DNA of 64,000 nt from the human T2T-CHM13v2.0 reference genome, Homo sapiens, in assembly GCF_009914755.1 (NCBI RefSeq), contig NC_060931.1; one strand, written 5' to 3'. The position numbers and the translations under genes were made by a program. Below, one piece after another: positions 13,864 to 27,945 of this stretch (its first letter is position 1; each line of letters opens with the position of its first letter). The notes beneath the pieces were generated by a model. It made no database searches, was not told the origin of the DNA, and saw only the letters and a program-made list of their open reading frames with translations.

Positions 13864-14171
13864 CTACTAATATTTATAACACTTATAGTCATTCTTTTAA
13901 GTGAATATTGTTATCTTTTTTCTTAGAGAGGAAATCCTCTTTTAGCAGATCTGCAGGACCCTTTTGAAGCAAAAGCATGTGCAAAAGCAAGATTATATAT
14001 TGTGACCTTGTTTGTGAAGACTTTGTATGCTTACATTGAAGATTATCCCTAAGTTTAATGACACTTTTTTTTTTTTATCATATTACTGCTTTATATCAAT
14101 GGAGAAACCATAGCAGGTATACTTTTAACTGGTGGCCAGCATACTTTTTAGACTTGCCTCTATTTTCAAGG

Positions 14172-14479
<308 letters not shown>

Positions 14480-15414
14480 AATGTATTTTCAATCATACTA
14501 ATATATTTATTCAGTGAAACTTATTCAACATTTAAAAGAGATGGAAACTCTTTTGCCTTAAATTACTTTCTATGAGAAGAAGAGCTAAGGAAATCTATAT
14601 CCATATTCATATCTACTTCTATATCTGTAAACTTATAGATATATGAGTGACAAAAAAGCTTTCTTAGAAATATAATCAGTAGAAGCACTTAAACTTAAAC
14701 TAGTTTTTATTAACCAATTCTGGGTAGACTAGTCTAATGTTTGGCAAATACCTAAAAACATTTTCCTGTTCATAGTCTATCAGTCTTACATGTCAGATGA
14801 ATATTTCAGGAAGAGTAGACTAAGAACGTGTATAGCCTCTGCCAGGCTTTATTCAGAGTATCAGGATCAAGCTCAGCAAAAGAACAGATATTTCATGGAT
14901 GACCCATGGAAGAGGAAAACATGTGGTTTGTTTTTGGAAGAAGTGAAAGGTTTGGCTTTAAGAAGCTGTAATGTTGGGTATAACATATAAATTTATAAGT
15001 CTTCTTAAATGTGACATAATTTTAAAAATAAATTATGACATTCATATATTTTCCCAAATGGGACTTTTCCATTTACTTATAGGATCTTCCCTCAATATTA
15101 TTTTTTGGGCAAAATATTTTTCCACTTCCTTAATTTTTTAAATGTATCCCCAAATTCTAAAATACATTGCATTTTGTGGATATGTGATGGAATTTGTGCT
15201 CTTATTCAGTCTTGCGGACAAAGAGCCGGCATGTGTAGGTGGGAATACTTGAGGTCTGGAAGTCCCAGTAACTCCCACTTGGAAAACTGTGTAGGTAGTG
15301 CAGAACACAAGGTCAGACTTCATTGCCTCAGAGCAAAAAAATCTGTTTTTAAAGTGTGTAACTTTAATATTGGCAACAAGAGCTATGGTATTTTTTCTTA
15401 GCTTGTCTTTGCAT

Positions 15415-15597
15415 TACTTTTAGTTTCCCCATTGAGATATTTTACACTGTATATAACTCTGTGTCTAAGAAATGGGTTTAATAAAAGTACCTAATGCACA
15501 GTGTTGTTGTAAAGATTAACTCAGTTTATATACATAAATCATTCGCAACATGTCTGGCACATAGTCAATGCCATATAAGCATTTGCTATTATTATTC
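15415..15597 (+). mobile_element. MIR SINE 3' portion
   Basis: 'gttgttgtaaagattaac...tgtctggcacatagtcaatgcc...tttgctattattatt' matches the MIR 3' end. Confidence 0.7.
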
Positions 15598-17374
15598 CCT
15601 CTCTCTTTCTTCTCACTGACACCTCTGCCTGTTGCATTTAATAGTTATCTCTGAAAATGATGTTCCATGCTCGTTACTTCCTGTATCAGTTTTTGGAGTA
15701 TTTGAATGGAGATCTGTTCTATATCGTTACAGTGCTTAGTAAAGATGGAGTACATGTTAGGTATACATGATAATCATATAATCATAGCTGTGACTCTTGG
15801 TCTTAAAAGGAAATAATGCACTCCAACCTAAATTATAATAACTGTTAGTAAAACTTTTCTTTATAGAGTTACAACTGAGATTTGAATAGCGGCAACACAA
15901 TGTATTCTGGCATATTTCAAACTGTTATATGTAAAATATAACATATACTAACTTATTTTTAAATGTAAGTTGTAAATAAATTATGAAACAGTCAGCATTA
16001 TCACTACTGCAACCACAAACAGACATTAATAATTAACCCTCCACTACTGTTTACGATAGTATATATATTTTTATTTTTTTGAATTGTCTTTTTTATTTTA
16101 ATCAAATAATGAATATTTTAAATGCTTATAAGTCTGTCTTCCTTCTAATACAAGTTTAGAAATCTTTCTCAGCTATTTGCATAGATGGAATACTTTAGAA
16201 AATTTAACCCGATGATTCCAGAATGTGTTAGGAAAGAATGTAAATATTTGACAAAAATAAATAGTAACCTAAAACAAACTACTTGGGGGGCCTATAACAA
16301 CAATGTGGATAATTCTTTTCCTTGTTCTTTTTAATTTTCCTGAATATTTATGCATTGGGCTTCTGGCTAAGGATGGCAGCAGAATAGCCAAGAGTCTATA
16401 ACAAAAATTACTTCTGCGGTTTTTTTCTGGCTGCTGTAACAGCAATAAATTCAGGGATACCAGATATATTAAGATAACATATTTTCATTAGCTTTCTAAC
16501 CCAATTGTGGATCCATGTGGTTCAGATGAAATGCATTCATGTATGCAGATCTGAAATGCTCATCATAACCAAACTGAAATCAATGCCCTGGAGCATTATT
16601 CATCATGAGAATGAGCCACATTCATGCCTAGAAAAACAAAATCCAGTTTGTAATTTGGGTGGGTAGGGCGAGGGTTTGGAAGGTCTTTATTAGACTGCTT
16701 AGAGCTGACTTGAGCCAGGGCAGACTCAGTCTTCTATCTTTTCTGTGTTCTGCAGTGAAACTTTAGGTACCAAGACACTGTCTCCTGTAAGTAATCCTGG
16801 GTCATAGCATCTCAATGTTGACTAGCTTGTTTCCAGATTCTAATAAGATTTGAAGTTGTCTAAACTTGTGTCCCTATTTTCTGAACCAGGTTTCTTGTGT
16901 GGTCTCCACTTTGAGTTTCTCTCCCAGTCATCAGTCTGCTTATCCATTTCCCTAGTACACTAAGGCTCTACCAATAGCACTACCAATAGCACCCACTTCC
17001 CAACCCAGAGTACCCCACTTCGAAGATGAAGGCTTCACTTGAGTTTTGTTTAGAATTTTCAAAACGTTATGTGGAACTTAGAAAGTTAAGGAACTCCCCA
17101 GGAATGAGGACTAATAAATGGCAAAGCTGAGTATATTATTACACGTAATCATATTCATTTCATTCCAAAGCCTGTGAACTTCTAAGCTATTACTTTTGAT
17201 TTAGCTTTTGTCTTTTTATCCCCATGAATATAAAGAGTGCAGTGGCATGATCTCTGCACCCAATTCCAGAATGGAGCACAGCAACCCCTGGAACTGCTCC
17301 TTAAATGCTGTTGGATGCCTGATCTTGAAGTAGTATTTAACCTGAATCCACTGTAACTGCGTTCTGCTTTCTTT

Positions 17375-17553
17375 AAATATAATATGTATGAGATACATAT
17401 TATATATTTTAAATATAATATATTATACAAGATGAATATATCTTATATATAAAATATATTATATATCATATATATATAAAATATATAATTTTATATATTA
17501 TATATTTTATATGTTTATATGTATTATATATATATTTAAGACATATATATATT
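17375..17553. repeat. AT-rich (TA)n-type low-complexity tract
   Basis: Near-exclusive A/T with degenerate TATA units. Confidence 0.9.
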
Positions 17554-18003
17554 TGAGAGCTATAATACCCCATTAACCAATATTTTGAATGAACTGGAAC
17601 TAAATATTTCATTCCTATTTGTCTACCATGCCTGCCTGAAAATGTGAAAATCTCCTTTCACAGTAGTTCTGTCTACACTCCTAGGCCCAGCCTAGTAGAC
17701 TAATCTAGTAACAGGTCTCATCCCTGCCACCTCTCCCACTGTCCCCCACAATTCTGAACACTTTGCCTTCTGTGAGCAAACAGTTTTGCTTAGATGACGC
17801 CAAACTATGGGTGAAAGCACAGAAAATGTAACTGATATATTGGCTACTTGTTATAATTACTGAGAAACAATGCTAGAAAATTTTTAGGATTATGGCATGA
17901 ATGACTTCTTAAATCCTAAAGAATTTGAATATAATTTAGTAATAAATGAGATTCCACGGACTATTTGGATAGGTCAGAGTAACATTTTCAAACAATTTTT
18001 CTA

Positions 18004-18303
18004 GCTGGGCATGGTAGCTCACATCTGTAATCCCAACACTTTGGGAGGCCAAGGTGAGTGGATTACCTGAGGTCAGGAGTTCAAGACCAGCCTGGCCAAC
18101 ATGGCAAAACCCTGTCTCTACTAAAAATACAAAAAAATTAGCCAGGCATAGTGGTGCACTCCTGTAATCCCAGCTACTCAGGAAGCTGAGGCAGGAGAAT
18201 TGCTGGAACTCAGGAGGTGGAGGTTGCAGTGAGTCAAGATCATGCCACTGCACTCTAGCCTGGAGTGAGATTTGGTCTCAAAAAAAAAAAAAAAAAAAAA
18301 AAG
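18004..18303 (+). mobile_element. Full-length AluS (Sx-like)
   Basis: Alu dimer with A-rich linker and poly(A) at 18280-18302; degenerate TSD aacaatttttcta / aaaaatgtttcta. Confidence 0.97.
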
Positions 18304-19024
18304 AAAAATGTTTCTAATTGTATCACAGTAGCAGAATAAACAAGAGGCCATTTTAGCAATACAGAGTATAGGTGAGAATGGCTATAAGAGAGTGACTGCA
18401 AATTGACAGGCTTTTTTGTGGGTCTCTAACTATCCAATACAAAATCATTATTCTTGGGCAAATTTGGAGAAGCCAGATTTTGAGTTAACAAAAATATAAA
18501 AAAAAGACTCATGAGTCATCCAGAGAGAAAGGTGTACTACTTAAAACTGCAATGAAATGGAAGGCCAAATATAACTCAAAAAAATTAAAAACATAATTGA
18601 AAAGAAACGTAAGGTGCCAACTGGCACATAAATGGAAGGAAATCGCTTTAGCTGGGGAGTGAGAAAATAGAAATGATGAATTAGCTGAGGTTTGGACATC
18701 ACAGGACTTGCTAGTATGTTTCAAGAATGTTATGAATATTATGCACAAGAGCTTATTGAGAATATTTACAACCTTAAGTATAATATAAGCATTACCTAAT
18801 CATTGGTGTGTCTATCAAATTATAGTTACAGATTATTTATCATTATTATAGACACAATAGAGATTATAAGTGAAATAATAGTCAAATTTATGGAAATCGT
18901 TTTATATTCTCTAGCTTTATTTTTTAATACTTTGCATTAAAATGTATAAAATCAATTTCACTTATTTTAGCAAGGGTACATATATGATACCATCCTTTGA
19001 AATACATACACGTTACTAAGCACA

Positions 19025-19245
19025 CAGGTTGAACATCTCAAATCCAAAAATCCCAAATCCAAAATTCTCCAAAATTCAAAACTTAAGTGACAAAATGAAC
19101 TCAAAGGAAATGTTTATTGGAGCATTTCATATTTTTTGATTTGAGATGCTAAACCAGTATAATACAAATATTCCAAAATTTAAAAAAGTCTAAAATCCAA
19201 AACACTTCTAGTCCCAAGCATTTCAGAGAAGGAATACTCAACCTG
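19025..19245. mobile_element. Tigger4a/MER46 (Zombi) TcMar-Tigger MITE
   Basis: Terminal inverted repeats caggttgaacatc...aatactcaacctg and internal (aaatcc) repeats. Confidence 0.88.
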
Positions 19246-20211
19246 AATTACCAAAATAATATGTTTTCATGACTCTCTTACCCTTATCCATCTTTCTTAC
19301 ACATGCATGTACACACGAGCACAATTAACAACTTCTCAATGGAGGAACTGTTAAAACATGTTAAAAATTCCCAGAACGTATTACTTTTGCCTGACAATAA
19401 GTAAATTTGTTAGTAAATAGTATTAAACTATGTCCCTTACCATACCAGCAAAGTATAAATATGATTTGTAAACAATATTTCATGGGTCTTTAAAAATGTA
19501 ATTTTTTTCTATAAATATCTGTGCACATGTAGGCCTATACTTGAAAATATATACAGTTTTATTTGCAAGTTTTGATAAAAATGAAGACGTGTGTCACAAT
19601 TAACAAGATGATTTTGTGCTGTGTGTGCAAAAAGTAGACTGAAAGATAGCTAAAATAAAAGTGATTTCATGGTCATTTACATGTCTAAAATATTTAATAA
19701 AATCACCAACCATTCTTTAACACACATATGCAAACACATACACATAGACTACTTAACCAAATTAAATCAACATCATATTTTATATATAGCTATGAAGTTC
19801 AAGTTGTAATTTTAAGGCAGCAAAACTTTATTCTTTTCTAAATATTTATAAATGCTTGCTTGTATTTCTTATGATTAACAGCCAGCTTGGTGTGTTAATT
19901 TCTACTTTTGTTTGTAACCTGTCTGATTTTCTTATAGAAATAAATATGCAAAGTTTATTTGAATTACATTAGGATAGCTATGAAAATGGAACTCATAGCT
20001 GTATAACTACATTACTTTATTCCTATTATCTAAATACTATTGAAGGGACTAATTGAATCAAGTAGACATAGCACCCAATTTGCTTCTGGTGGGGGCTGCA
20101 TGTCATTAAACAATGGATATGGTACCTTTTCCTTACGGCCATGGTGATTTTCCTGTAAGACGGAAGGGGCACCAAACTGAGCAAAGAAAGATTTTTCCTG
20201 AGAGACATAAG

Positions 20212-20213
<2 letters not shown>

Positions 20214-20261
<48 letters not shown>
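20214..20261. repeat. (TG)24 perfect dinucleotide microsatellite
   Basis: Counted directly. Confidence 0.98.
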
Positions 20262-20264
<3 letters not shown>

Positions 20265-21404
20265 GTGCTCTGAGAGAGAGAACTCTGACTTTTCTGCTTT
20301 TCCCTTTGGAGTCCCAAGGTAGGATGAGGCTAGTTGTGACACTTTCCTTCTCACCTCCAGCTTGGTAAAACACATGGTCTGCAGTAGAGAAGAGTAAAGT
20401 TCACTTGGGCCCAGGTGAAAATGAGAGGGGAAGGCTCTGTGAAATATCTGAGTGCCTACTTCAGTAGAGCCTAAAGCAAACCCTGTTCCTGTCCTTCCTA
20501 GTATTTTCCCTTTTTCTTTAGGATAAATTGGGTTGGCTTCGTGTAACTTCAATCCACAGTATTTCCTTGACGTTCCTAGCAAGGGAGGGACCCACCCTCA
20601 GGGTTATGAACAATTTACAGTCCTCTGTTACACCATCCTTCCTTTCCTCTCTAGATAGAATGTCAGAATGGAAGCAAGGAGGTTATTATTACAGGCTTAA
20701 CCTAAATGTGTTCTGATTTACTTTAAAGAAAATCATTTGCAAACTTTGCTCCTTTAACAAATATCAAATTACTTGAAATTCACCTCCCAACTAATCATGA
20801 CCCATCAGTGTCTCCACGCTTCTCTTGAGAATTGCAACTCCAGCTCAAGGAAAATGAATGGTTTTAATTTGCTTCTCATACATGAGCCTGATCAATGAGC
20901 AATTTCACAGTGACTCCTCCTCCTGCTAGCAAAATAGACTTTACTGTACAACTAGAAGAAAGCTTTCATTACTGTTACTACTCCTTGCTTCTTTCCTTTC
21001 TTCATTCTTTCTTCTTTTTAATCATTCTCTCTCAGAAATTATTTCTCCTTTCTCCCATCACTGTGGATCAATAAATAGCCTGAATTTGTTATGAGTAGAA
21101 TTTTTTTTCTGTTTATATCTCATATGTATACTGTATTGTTTAGTAATTTTCATCATCCTATACAACTGGAGCACTCTGTTCCTTCCATAGTTTATCTGAT
21201 TTGGTTTAATTTATCGGAGTTAAAATGCTAATTATTTGATAAATAAACTTTAAATATATTTTAACAAAACCTATAAAAATGTGAAACATGGCTTTGAAGT
21301 AGCTTATTCTTAGACACACTACCCATGTCAGTAATCTTTATGAACCCTGACAAAAACTGGGCCATGTGAACTGATGGAGATGGGAATTACGTGAGGTTAG
21401 CCTT

Positions 21405-21600
21405 CTAGCATCACAGAAATTTTAGAGCTTATAGGGACCTAGGAGATAATGCAGTCAAACTCTCCAATTTTAAGGATAATTAAATTTAAATCACGAAAGG
21501 GTAGGGGAATTGTATAAGATAAAACAGCTAATTGATGGCAGAGCACATATGAAAATTGGGGTCACCTATCTCACAAGTCAAACATCTTGCTTCTGCAACA
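21405..21600 (-). mobile_element. MIR/MIR3 remnant
   Basis: 'tcacagaaattttagagcttatagggacctaggagataatgcagtcaaactctccaatttta' matches antisense MIR3-type text. Confidence 0.6.
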
Positions 21601-22454
21601 TGATCTATGTTAGTCTAATGTTAAGGAAATAAACATTACTGTATTATTATACTGTATTGTTATTATTTAGGTTTGCAAAAGCAACTCTCCACTTAGAGCT
21701 TCATTTTCTAAATAATGTTGGTTGTTTCATATTCCATTAACATTTACCTATGCGACATAGATTACTTTTAGGTAAAATATTTAATTTAGTGTTTTTGGCA
21801 TATGTATTTTTTTACCCAACTTGCATAAAATATATAAACACATTAAGTAATCATTTTAGAACAAAAAGTAATTACTTAAAAGAAGCTTAATTTAACTTCT
21901 GAAGATGAAAATAAAGAAAGCAATTTCTTTATAATGAAGTCACATTTTCTCAAAACAAAAAATGCTTTTCTCCTCTATAAAACTTGTTGAGCAAGTGTGG
22001 TTTAAAGCAGGAATATTTAAATGGAGAATATGATTTGGTATCCCCTGAGGTAAGATCAGTTTTCAAAGGATTAAGCTTGGGAATTTTCTCAAATGATTTA
22101 CCTGCTAATCTGGTAGGCCATGAGAGCCAGAGTGGCACTACATTTTGCTTTATTTCTCAGCCTGGGTGGGCCTAATTTTGGGAATAAGGTAGAGAAATTT
22201 GTGCTTGGAATAATGGAAAATAAAAACTGAAACATCTGTGTGTCAAGTACACACATCTGTATAGTTTGCTGAATATCTGTGAAACACACTACATCTCAGA
22301 CCTTTATTTACCTACTGTGCAAGAGAATACAAGTGAAGGGAGTGAATGAAGTTGAAAATGACAAGATGAATAAATAAATCCATCTCCTTAGTTACTCTCA
22401 GCAAGTACCTCTGACTCTTAGTTTTTTTGCTTATCAGCCTTTGGCAATAATATC

Positions 22455-22660
22455 TTTTTCTTTCTTTCTCTCTCTCTCTCTCTATATGCATATATATGAA
22501 TAATATATTATTTCATATATATAATTATGAATAATTCATATTCATAAATATATAAATAATTATTTATATATTATTCATATATATGCATATATATTCTATT
22601 CATATATATGCATCTATATTCTATTCATATATATATGAATATATATAGATATATATGCAT
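22455..22660. repeat. (TC)n followed by AT-rich low-complexity tract containing inverted repeats
   Basis: Read directly; see findings. Confidence 0.9.
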
Positions 22661-23166
22661 CTTTTATTATTTGCTTAGCTTTCTTGTTTAGTAAATCTCA
22701 GGAATACATTAGGAATAAGTGTTATTGGTTTTAAGAATAAAAGCACTTGCAAGTATTAGATTTTAAAACAATTTAACAACATTTCTAAAAATAGAAGCAC
22801 AATTTATAGGCAGCAATTGTGCTTCTCAAGTTCTAACAGTAGGGCAATTTCTATAAAATGGAACTTTCAGGTAGATTACTTCTTTTAATCCTCTGATCCT
22901 ACCTGGTTCACCTATTGAATAGGTTGACATTTTTTCAGATTAGTAGTACTCAGTTTTACTGTTTCTATTATTGATTTATATCCGGAATCAATTTGCTATT
23001 ATGGGACAAATTTAAGAATAATTAAATTTTGTAAGAAATATATAAGGACTATATATTGTGGACAATATCATCTTTCTAATCACAATCTGTTTTCTTCTTT
23101 TCTCTCTCTTTTTTCTATTTATTTATAGCTACCTCCTCTGATGTGTACTCATTTTAATGTTCGTAT

Positions 23167-23318
23167 TTTTTGAGACAAAGTCTCACTCTGTCACCCAGGC
23201 CAGAGTGAAGATGCGCAGTCATAGCTCACTGCAGGTTCAAACTCCTGGGCTCACGCAATCCTCCCACCTCAGCTTTCCATGTAGCTGGGACTACAGGTGT
23301 GTTCCACTACACCCAACT
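23167..23318 (-). mobile_element. Alu right-arm monomer (FRAM or truncated AluJ)
   Basis: Only the right-arm sequence is present; diverged TSD tgatgtgtactcattttaa / tgaagtgtgctaattttaa. Confidence 0.88.
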
Positions 23319-23924
23319 TGAAGTGTGCTAATTTTAAAGGCACAAGTACACACATTTAAAGAGACTAAGATAATGGACCAACAAAATGAAAGTGGCTCTG
23401 TAGTTTTCAACTTCAGAATAGCCTCCCTCAGGTCACTATTACAATATCTGGACAACCACATTCACTAAATCTTTAATAGAAACACAAATGTAAATAAAGA
23501 GAAAATGAAATTATCAGCCTTATAGAGCCATGTTATCTGGTTTCTGACAACTGTTATAAACCCGTTGTATCAAGTGTCTAGGTAATTCTGACACTTGAGG
23601 AGAATACTAACAAGACAATCCTAAGCAATCTTACATAAGCCACCAACTCTCTTTTATGTTGCAACCATGACTCCCTTTTTAAACTTAGCAACCAAAGATG
23701 CAAGATGAGGCAATGGAGTGGGCACAGATCTGTCAGCACTTTTCAAAGGTCATGCTCCACTGAAATCTAGTCAGAAAAGTCATCCTCAGAAATTCCAGAA
23801 AGCACAGTATCAACCATGTAAATATAACAATTCTAATAAAAAGCTTCACCTAGTTCAATCTTTGTCTTTGATATAAAATAATACTTTATACTTCATAGGA
23901 TTTCTCTCAATTACTAAATGCAAG

Positions 23925-24072
23925 CACTGAGTCTGTTTACTTGCCACCGTCTGTTTTTCTCACCATGCTATAAGCTCCTTATAGCAGATACTATGTGTGT
24001 ACTGCTGATAGATATACTCAGAGTGTCTAGCGCCTTGCCTGGCACAGCTTGCATACTTGATGTAATCAATGG
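23925..24072 (+). mobile_element. L2 3' end remnant
   Basis: 'tataagctcctt...gtgtctagcgccttgcctggcacag' is typical of the L2 3' terminus. Confidence 0.6.
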
Positions 24073-25261
24073 AAAAAATAACTAAAATGAAATATGAGCT
24101 TTATAAAAGTAATATCATAGATTATATCAATAGGGTCATTATAATTAATTGCAGGAAAAGATTGAAAAACAAAGAAAATTTAGAATCTATGAAAAAAGAG
24201 CAAGATATATTGGGAACTGGGGTAATTTCATGTGCACCTGCTGCTGATTTTGTAGACTTTGGAATGTGTTTCAGTGACAATCAAGGACATAAAACCTTCA
24301 GATGCTTGCCTCTCTAATAGGTTATTAACCCAATAATTATTTATTTATTGTTACATAATGGACTATTCATATCCATTCTGATCAATAATTAATACCAGAT
24401 TTAACTGAGTATTAATAGCAATGAAGTAATAGAAAAAAATTTGTTTTTCTATTCAAATATATTAAATGATTATGGCCAAAGGAACCTAGTTCTGAGGAAC
24501 TAGGCAACAAAATAAGATTATATTGGTAATAGCATCTAGGACCTTCTTAAATACTATTTTATTCCACCAATTCTATTGGCTCTATTTTATTCTTCAAGCT
24601 TTTATTGATTGTAAATGAGACTAGATTACAAAGTCCAGTGCAAAAAGAGATTTTCCCACACTTCCACCAAGTTAACATTAGTATAGGCAGGTCAGGTTAC
24701 GCCATTATCTCTGAGCATCTGGAAAACTGTACTATTTGGTCCCTAGGCATCGCCAAGCAAATCTTTAGGGACTTTTCTATTTTTCCAGCTCAGCTTTTTT
24801 CCACCTTAAGAAATAAATAATAATCATGAGTTGAAATGTAAACGCAATTATTTACAATGGTATATTTTATCATCCTAATAGCAACAATGATAATTTCCTA
24901 CATTATACTTTTGAGAATATATCTATCTTCTTTTAAAAATCTGCATCTTGCTTAAAATAAATATAGATTTGTGCATGCCAACCTTTATCAAATCAGAGGT
25001 TTAATACTCAGGAATGTTTCAATATTATTTGTCAGGTTCCTACTAAAGCAGGTCTTTTGCTGATACATTAATGTAAGCATGAAAATAACACTGCTCTTTC
25101 AGATGTAGAGGAATGCCCAAATAACTAAGCAATGAAAATACAAATTTATCTAAAATATTTTGAAAAAATTGTACTATACTATCTTTGATATTCTTTAAAC
25201 TTAGGTATTCACCTCAAGGCCAACCACATGCTAGGAATAGAAATATATCAGCAACATTCCT

Positions 25262-25570
25262 CTAGCCCCGAATTTCCATAATGTTTTCTGTGGGACACTA
25301 GTCTCCTAGAATATTAATAGATTGTATTCAAACTAAAAGTTCTTTAGTTTAAGAAGCATAATTAATGATGGAATAAACAAATGTAAACAACTAGACTAGC
25401 TACTGCCAGGAAATCTAAGACATTTTAGCGCATGAATGCATAAAGTGAATTTTACTTAGGACAGTAATAGAGCACACACGTTTTCCTACGTTTACCTGAA
25501 TGTCGCACATTTTCCCCAAAGCATATTAGAAAAGCTAGTGTTCCAAGGAACAAACTTTGAGAAATGTCCC
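25262..25570. mobile_element. hAT-Charlie-type MITE (Charlie4-like), degraded
   Basis: Imperfect inverted ends 'tttccataatgttttctgtgggacactagt' and 'gctagtgttccaaggaacaaactttgagaaatg'. Confidence 0.5.
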
Positions 25571-27483
25571 ACCCAAACCATCGTTATATGAAAAATACTA
25601 ACATCTGTTGTAGGCAGCATTGAGGGTGCTGAGGGAGCAATTGCATGGTGATTAGACATTCTGTAGTTTAATATATATACATGCAATGTAAACTTCTGAC
25701 ATTCCTTGTCAAATGCTTGCTATATTTTTGTAGGCTCTTTGTCCTGCTCTATTTTTTTCTTTACTATTAGAGTCATGTATAACAAACAATCCTACGTTTC
25801 TTTTATTTCCATATTACAGGGTTATTTAATTGCTGATTCAGTATATCCCTCTTCAAATGATTTGTCTGTCTCATTATGGGTCATTCAAATTTCATAGTGC
25901 ATTCTCCAAAATTTGTTAATCTTATTCTTTTCAGTTTAAATAAAAAATAAAATTATATTTATATGGAATGGAAAAGTACATCTATATAAGCTTTATTTTC
26001 TTGACATAGAATTTTGGAGTTTCAAAATATTTTCAGAAATTACATAAGAATCCATTTATTTAGAGTTTGGCCCATTTTTAACCATTTAAAATTTATCTTT
26101 TGCTGTTTCTGCTTAAACATAAAATTTCTATTTCCAGCATACATGTAACTTGTCCCAGGTGAACCGAAAGTGCATGATCCACTTTGTGGTTTGCAAAGGG
26201 GCCTCTAAGGTCTCACAGGCCACTCTAACTTGACTTGGTGAAGTTGCTGCCTCCTGTTCTTCTGCCTTTCCTTTGGTCAGTAAACAATCCACCGTGCAGG
26301 AAAGGCCCCTGAAATTCCTAACAATTATTTCTCCCTCTTCCCACAATTAAGGGAGTAGAGAGAAGAAAGAGAGTAGAGAAAAGTACACAGCCCTGCTTAG
26401 ACTGTCACTTTGCATCAGTCTGAGAGGGAACACATTCCCAGGCTGAAAGGGGTTGCCCGGAACAATTAAGCATGGGCTAAGAGTGAAACTGGGAAACATT
26501 CCAGCTTCTCAGAAGTCAAGTCTTCATTGTGTGATCTTCAAAATAACAGAAAATAAATAAATATATCTCTACTAGAATGCATGTTCATTCATTCTAAAAT
26601 TATGTAAATGTACTCTACTGTACTTATAAATTATATGTATTATAAAATACCCCAAAGATACGTTTTTTGTGCATGTGATAAGCAGGGTGATCAAAAGATT
26701 TATTTTCCAAACAGGGCTGGCCTTCTTTTGAAAGCAAAAGGAGGTGTTTTAATACTTATATTGAGACAACTGAAAGCAATTGGAACTCCCTAGGCAAACC
26801 TGGACATAAAAGTGCCTAGCACAGATTAAATTTAAAATATTAAAAATATTTTACTAATTATAATGGCTTTATATTATCATTAGATTATATCTGTAGGTAT
26901 GATCCTTACTTGGAGCCAAGTCCACCATGAACTATAGGGGTGTTAATCCACATTTCCAGTAGATATTTTGATAATTTTACTACAAGTTTCACTCTGCCAC
27001 TTAATAAGTCTGATCATACTATTATTATTTTTTACATATAATTCAGACTGAGAATGACTTTCTGTAAGGATTGAAAGGGTTAGCTCTGCATTTGTTTTCT
27101 TACATATTTGCAAAAATATTTTATAGCCTCCATTTTGTGAGAGTTAGTTTAATCAATGCTAGGAAATATAATAATGACATCCATACATCCACTTACCAGA
27201 CATAGATAAGAGATGATATATACTCTCTCACTTTTGTGGAACTTTAAGTCTTACCTCAGGCTACCAGATATTAATGACATGAGACAATCTGATATTTGGA
27301 CCAAATAAAAGCATCAATGTCAATACAATATCAAATATTTGTAAACTCTAATTCACTTTGTACTTTTAAGACAAAATTAATATACTTTATTGTTCTAATC
27401 CAATCTTCTTGAAGATGAATAGCATTTATATTGTGTACCACCTGGGATGCACACACCTGACATTACAGCTGAGTCACCTGGAC

Positions 27484-27633
27484 CTGTGCTTCTCTGATAT
27501 GTACACATAGTCACCTGGAGAACTTGAGAAAATACAGATCTATTTTTGTTGATCTAGGGTGCAGCCAGGATTCTGCATTCCTAGAAAGTTCTCAGGGGTT
27601 GCTGGTCTAGGGATCACATTTTGAGTACCAAGA
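27484..27633. mobile_element. MER5A/MER5-type hAT MITE
   Basis: 'tcacctggagaacttg...tctagggtgcagccaggattctgcattcctagaaagttctcagg...gggatcacattttgagta' follows MER5 layout. Confidence 0.72.
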
Positions 27634-27641
27634 ATCCTAGC

Positions 27642-27945
27642 CCTGTGCTCTTTAATATAATAACCATTAGCCACATGTGCCTACTGAACATTTGAAATGT
27701 TGCTAGTCTAAGTTGAGAATTACTGTAAATGTAAAATGCATACCAAATTTCAAAGACTTAGGGCAAAAAAGGAATGTAAAATATTTCATTAATAATTGTA
27801 ATTTTTGATTACATGTTGAAATAATTTTATTTTTATGATATATAAATGTTTAGTGTGGCATATAGATACATTAATTTAAATATGACTCCTAGAAATTTAA
27901 AATTATTTACATGGCTCATATTACATTTTTATCGGACGTTGCTGC
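27642..27945. mobile_element. MER33 hAT-Charlie MITE
   Basis: 'ccattagccacatgtgcctactgaacatttgaaatgttgctagt...ccaaatttcaaagacttag...catggctcatattacattttt' matches MER33; abuts the MER5 copy. Confidence 0.8.

Noticed and set aside
12202-13864. Cluster of overlapping 63-130 aa ORFs on both strands
   Set aside because: They coincide with the GC-rich MER52 LTR, where stop codons are rare; no protein similarity recognised.
16968-16992. 12-bp tandem duplication ctaccaatagca x2 (also tggcataaaa x2 near 11833)
   Set aside because: Ordinary slippage duplications, expected at this frequency.
20026-20582. Longest ORFs (up to 149 aa) with HT/CV repeats
   Set aside because: The frames are kept open by the (TG)24 microsatellite.
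24490-24509. Small hairpin cctagttc-tgag-gaactagg near 24489-24508 (similar 7-bp stems near 47152 and 58799)
   Set aside because: Stems of 7-8 bp are expected by chance in 64 kb; no RNA-gene context.
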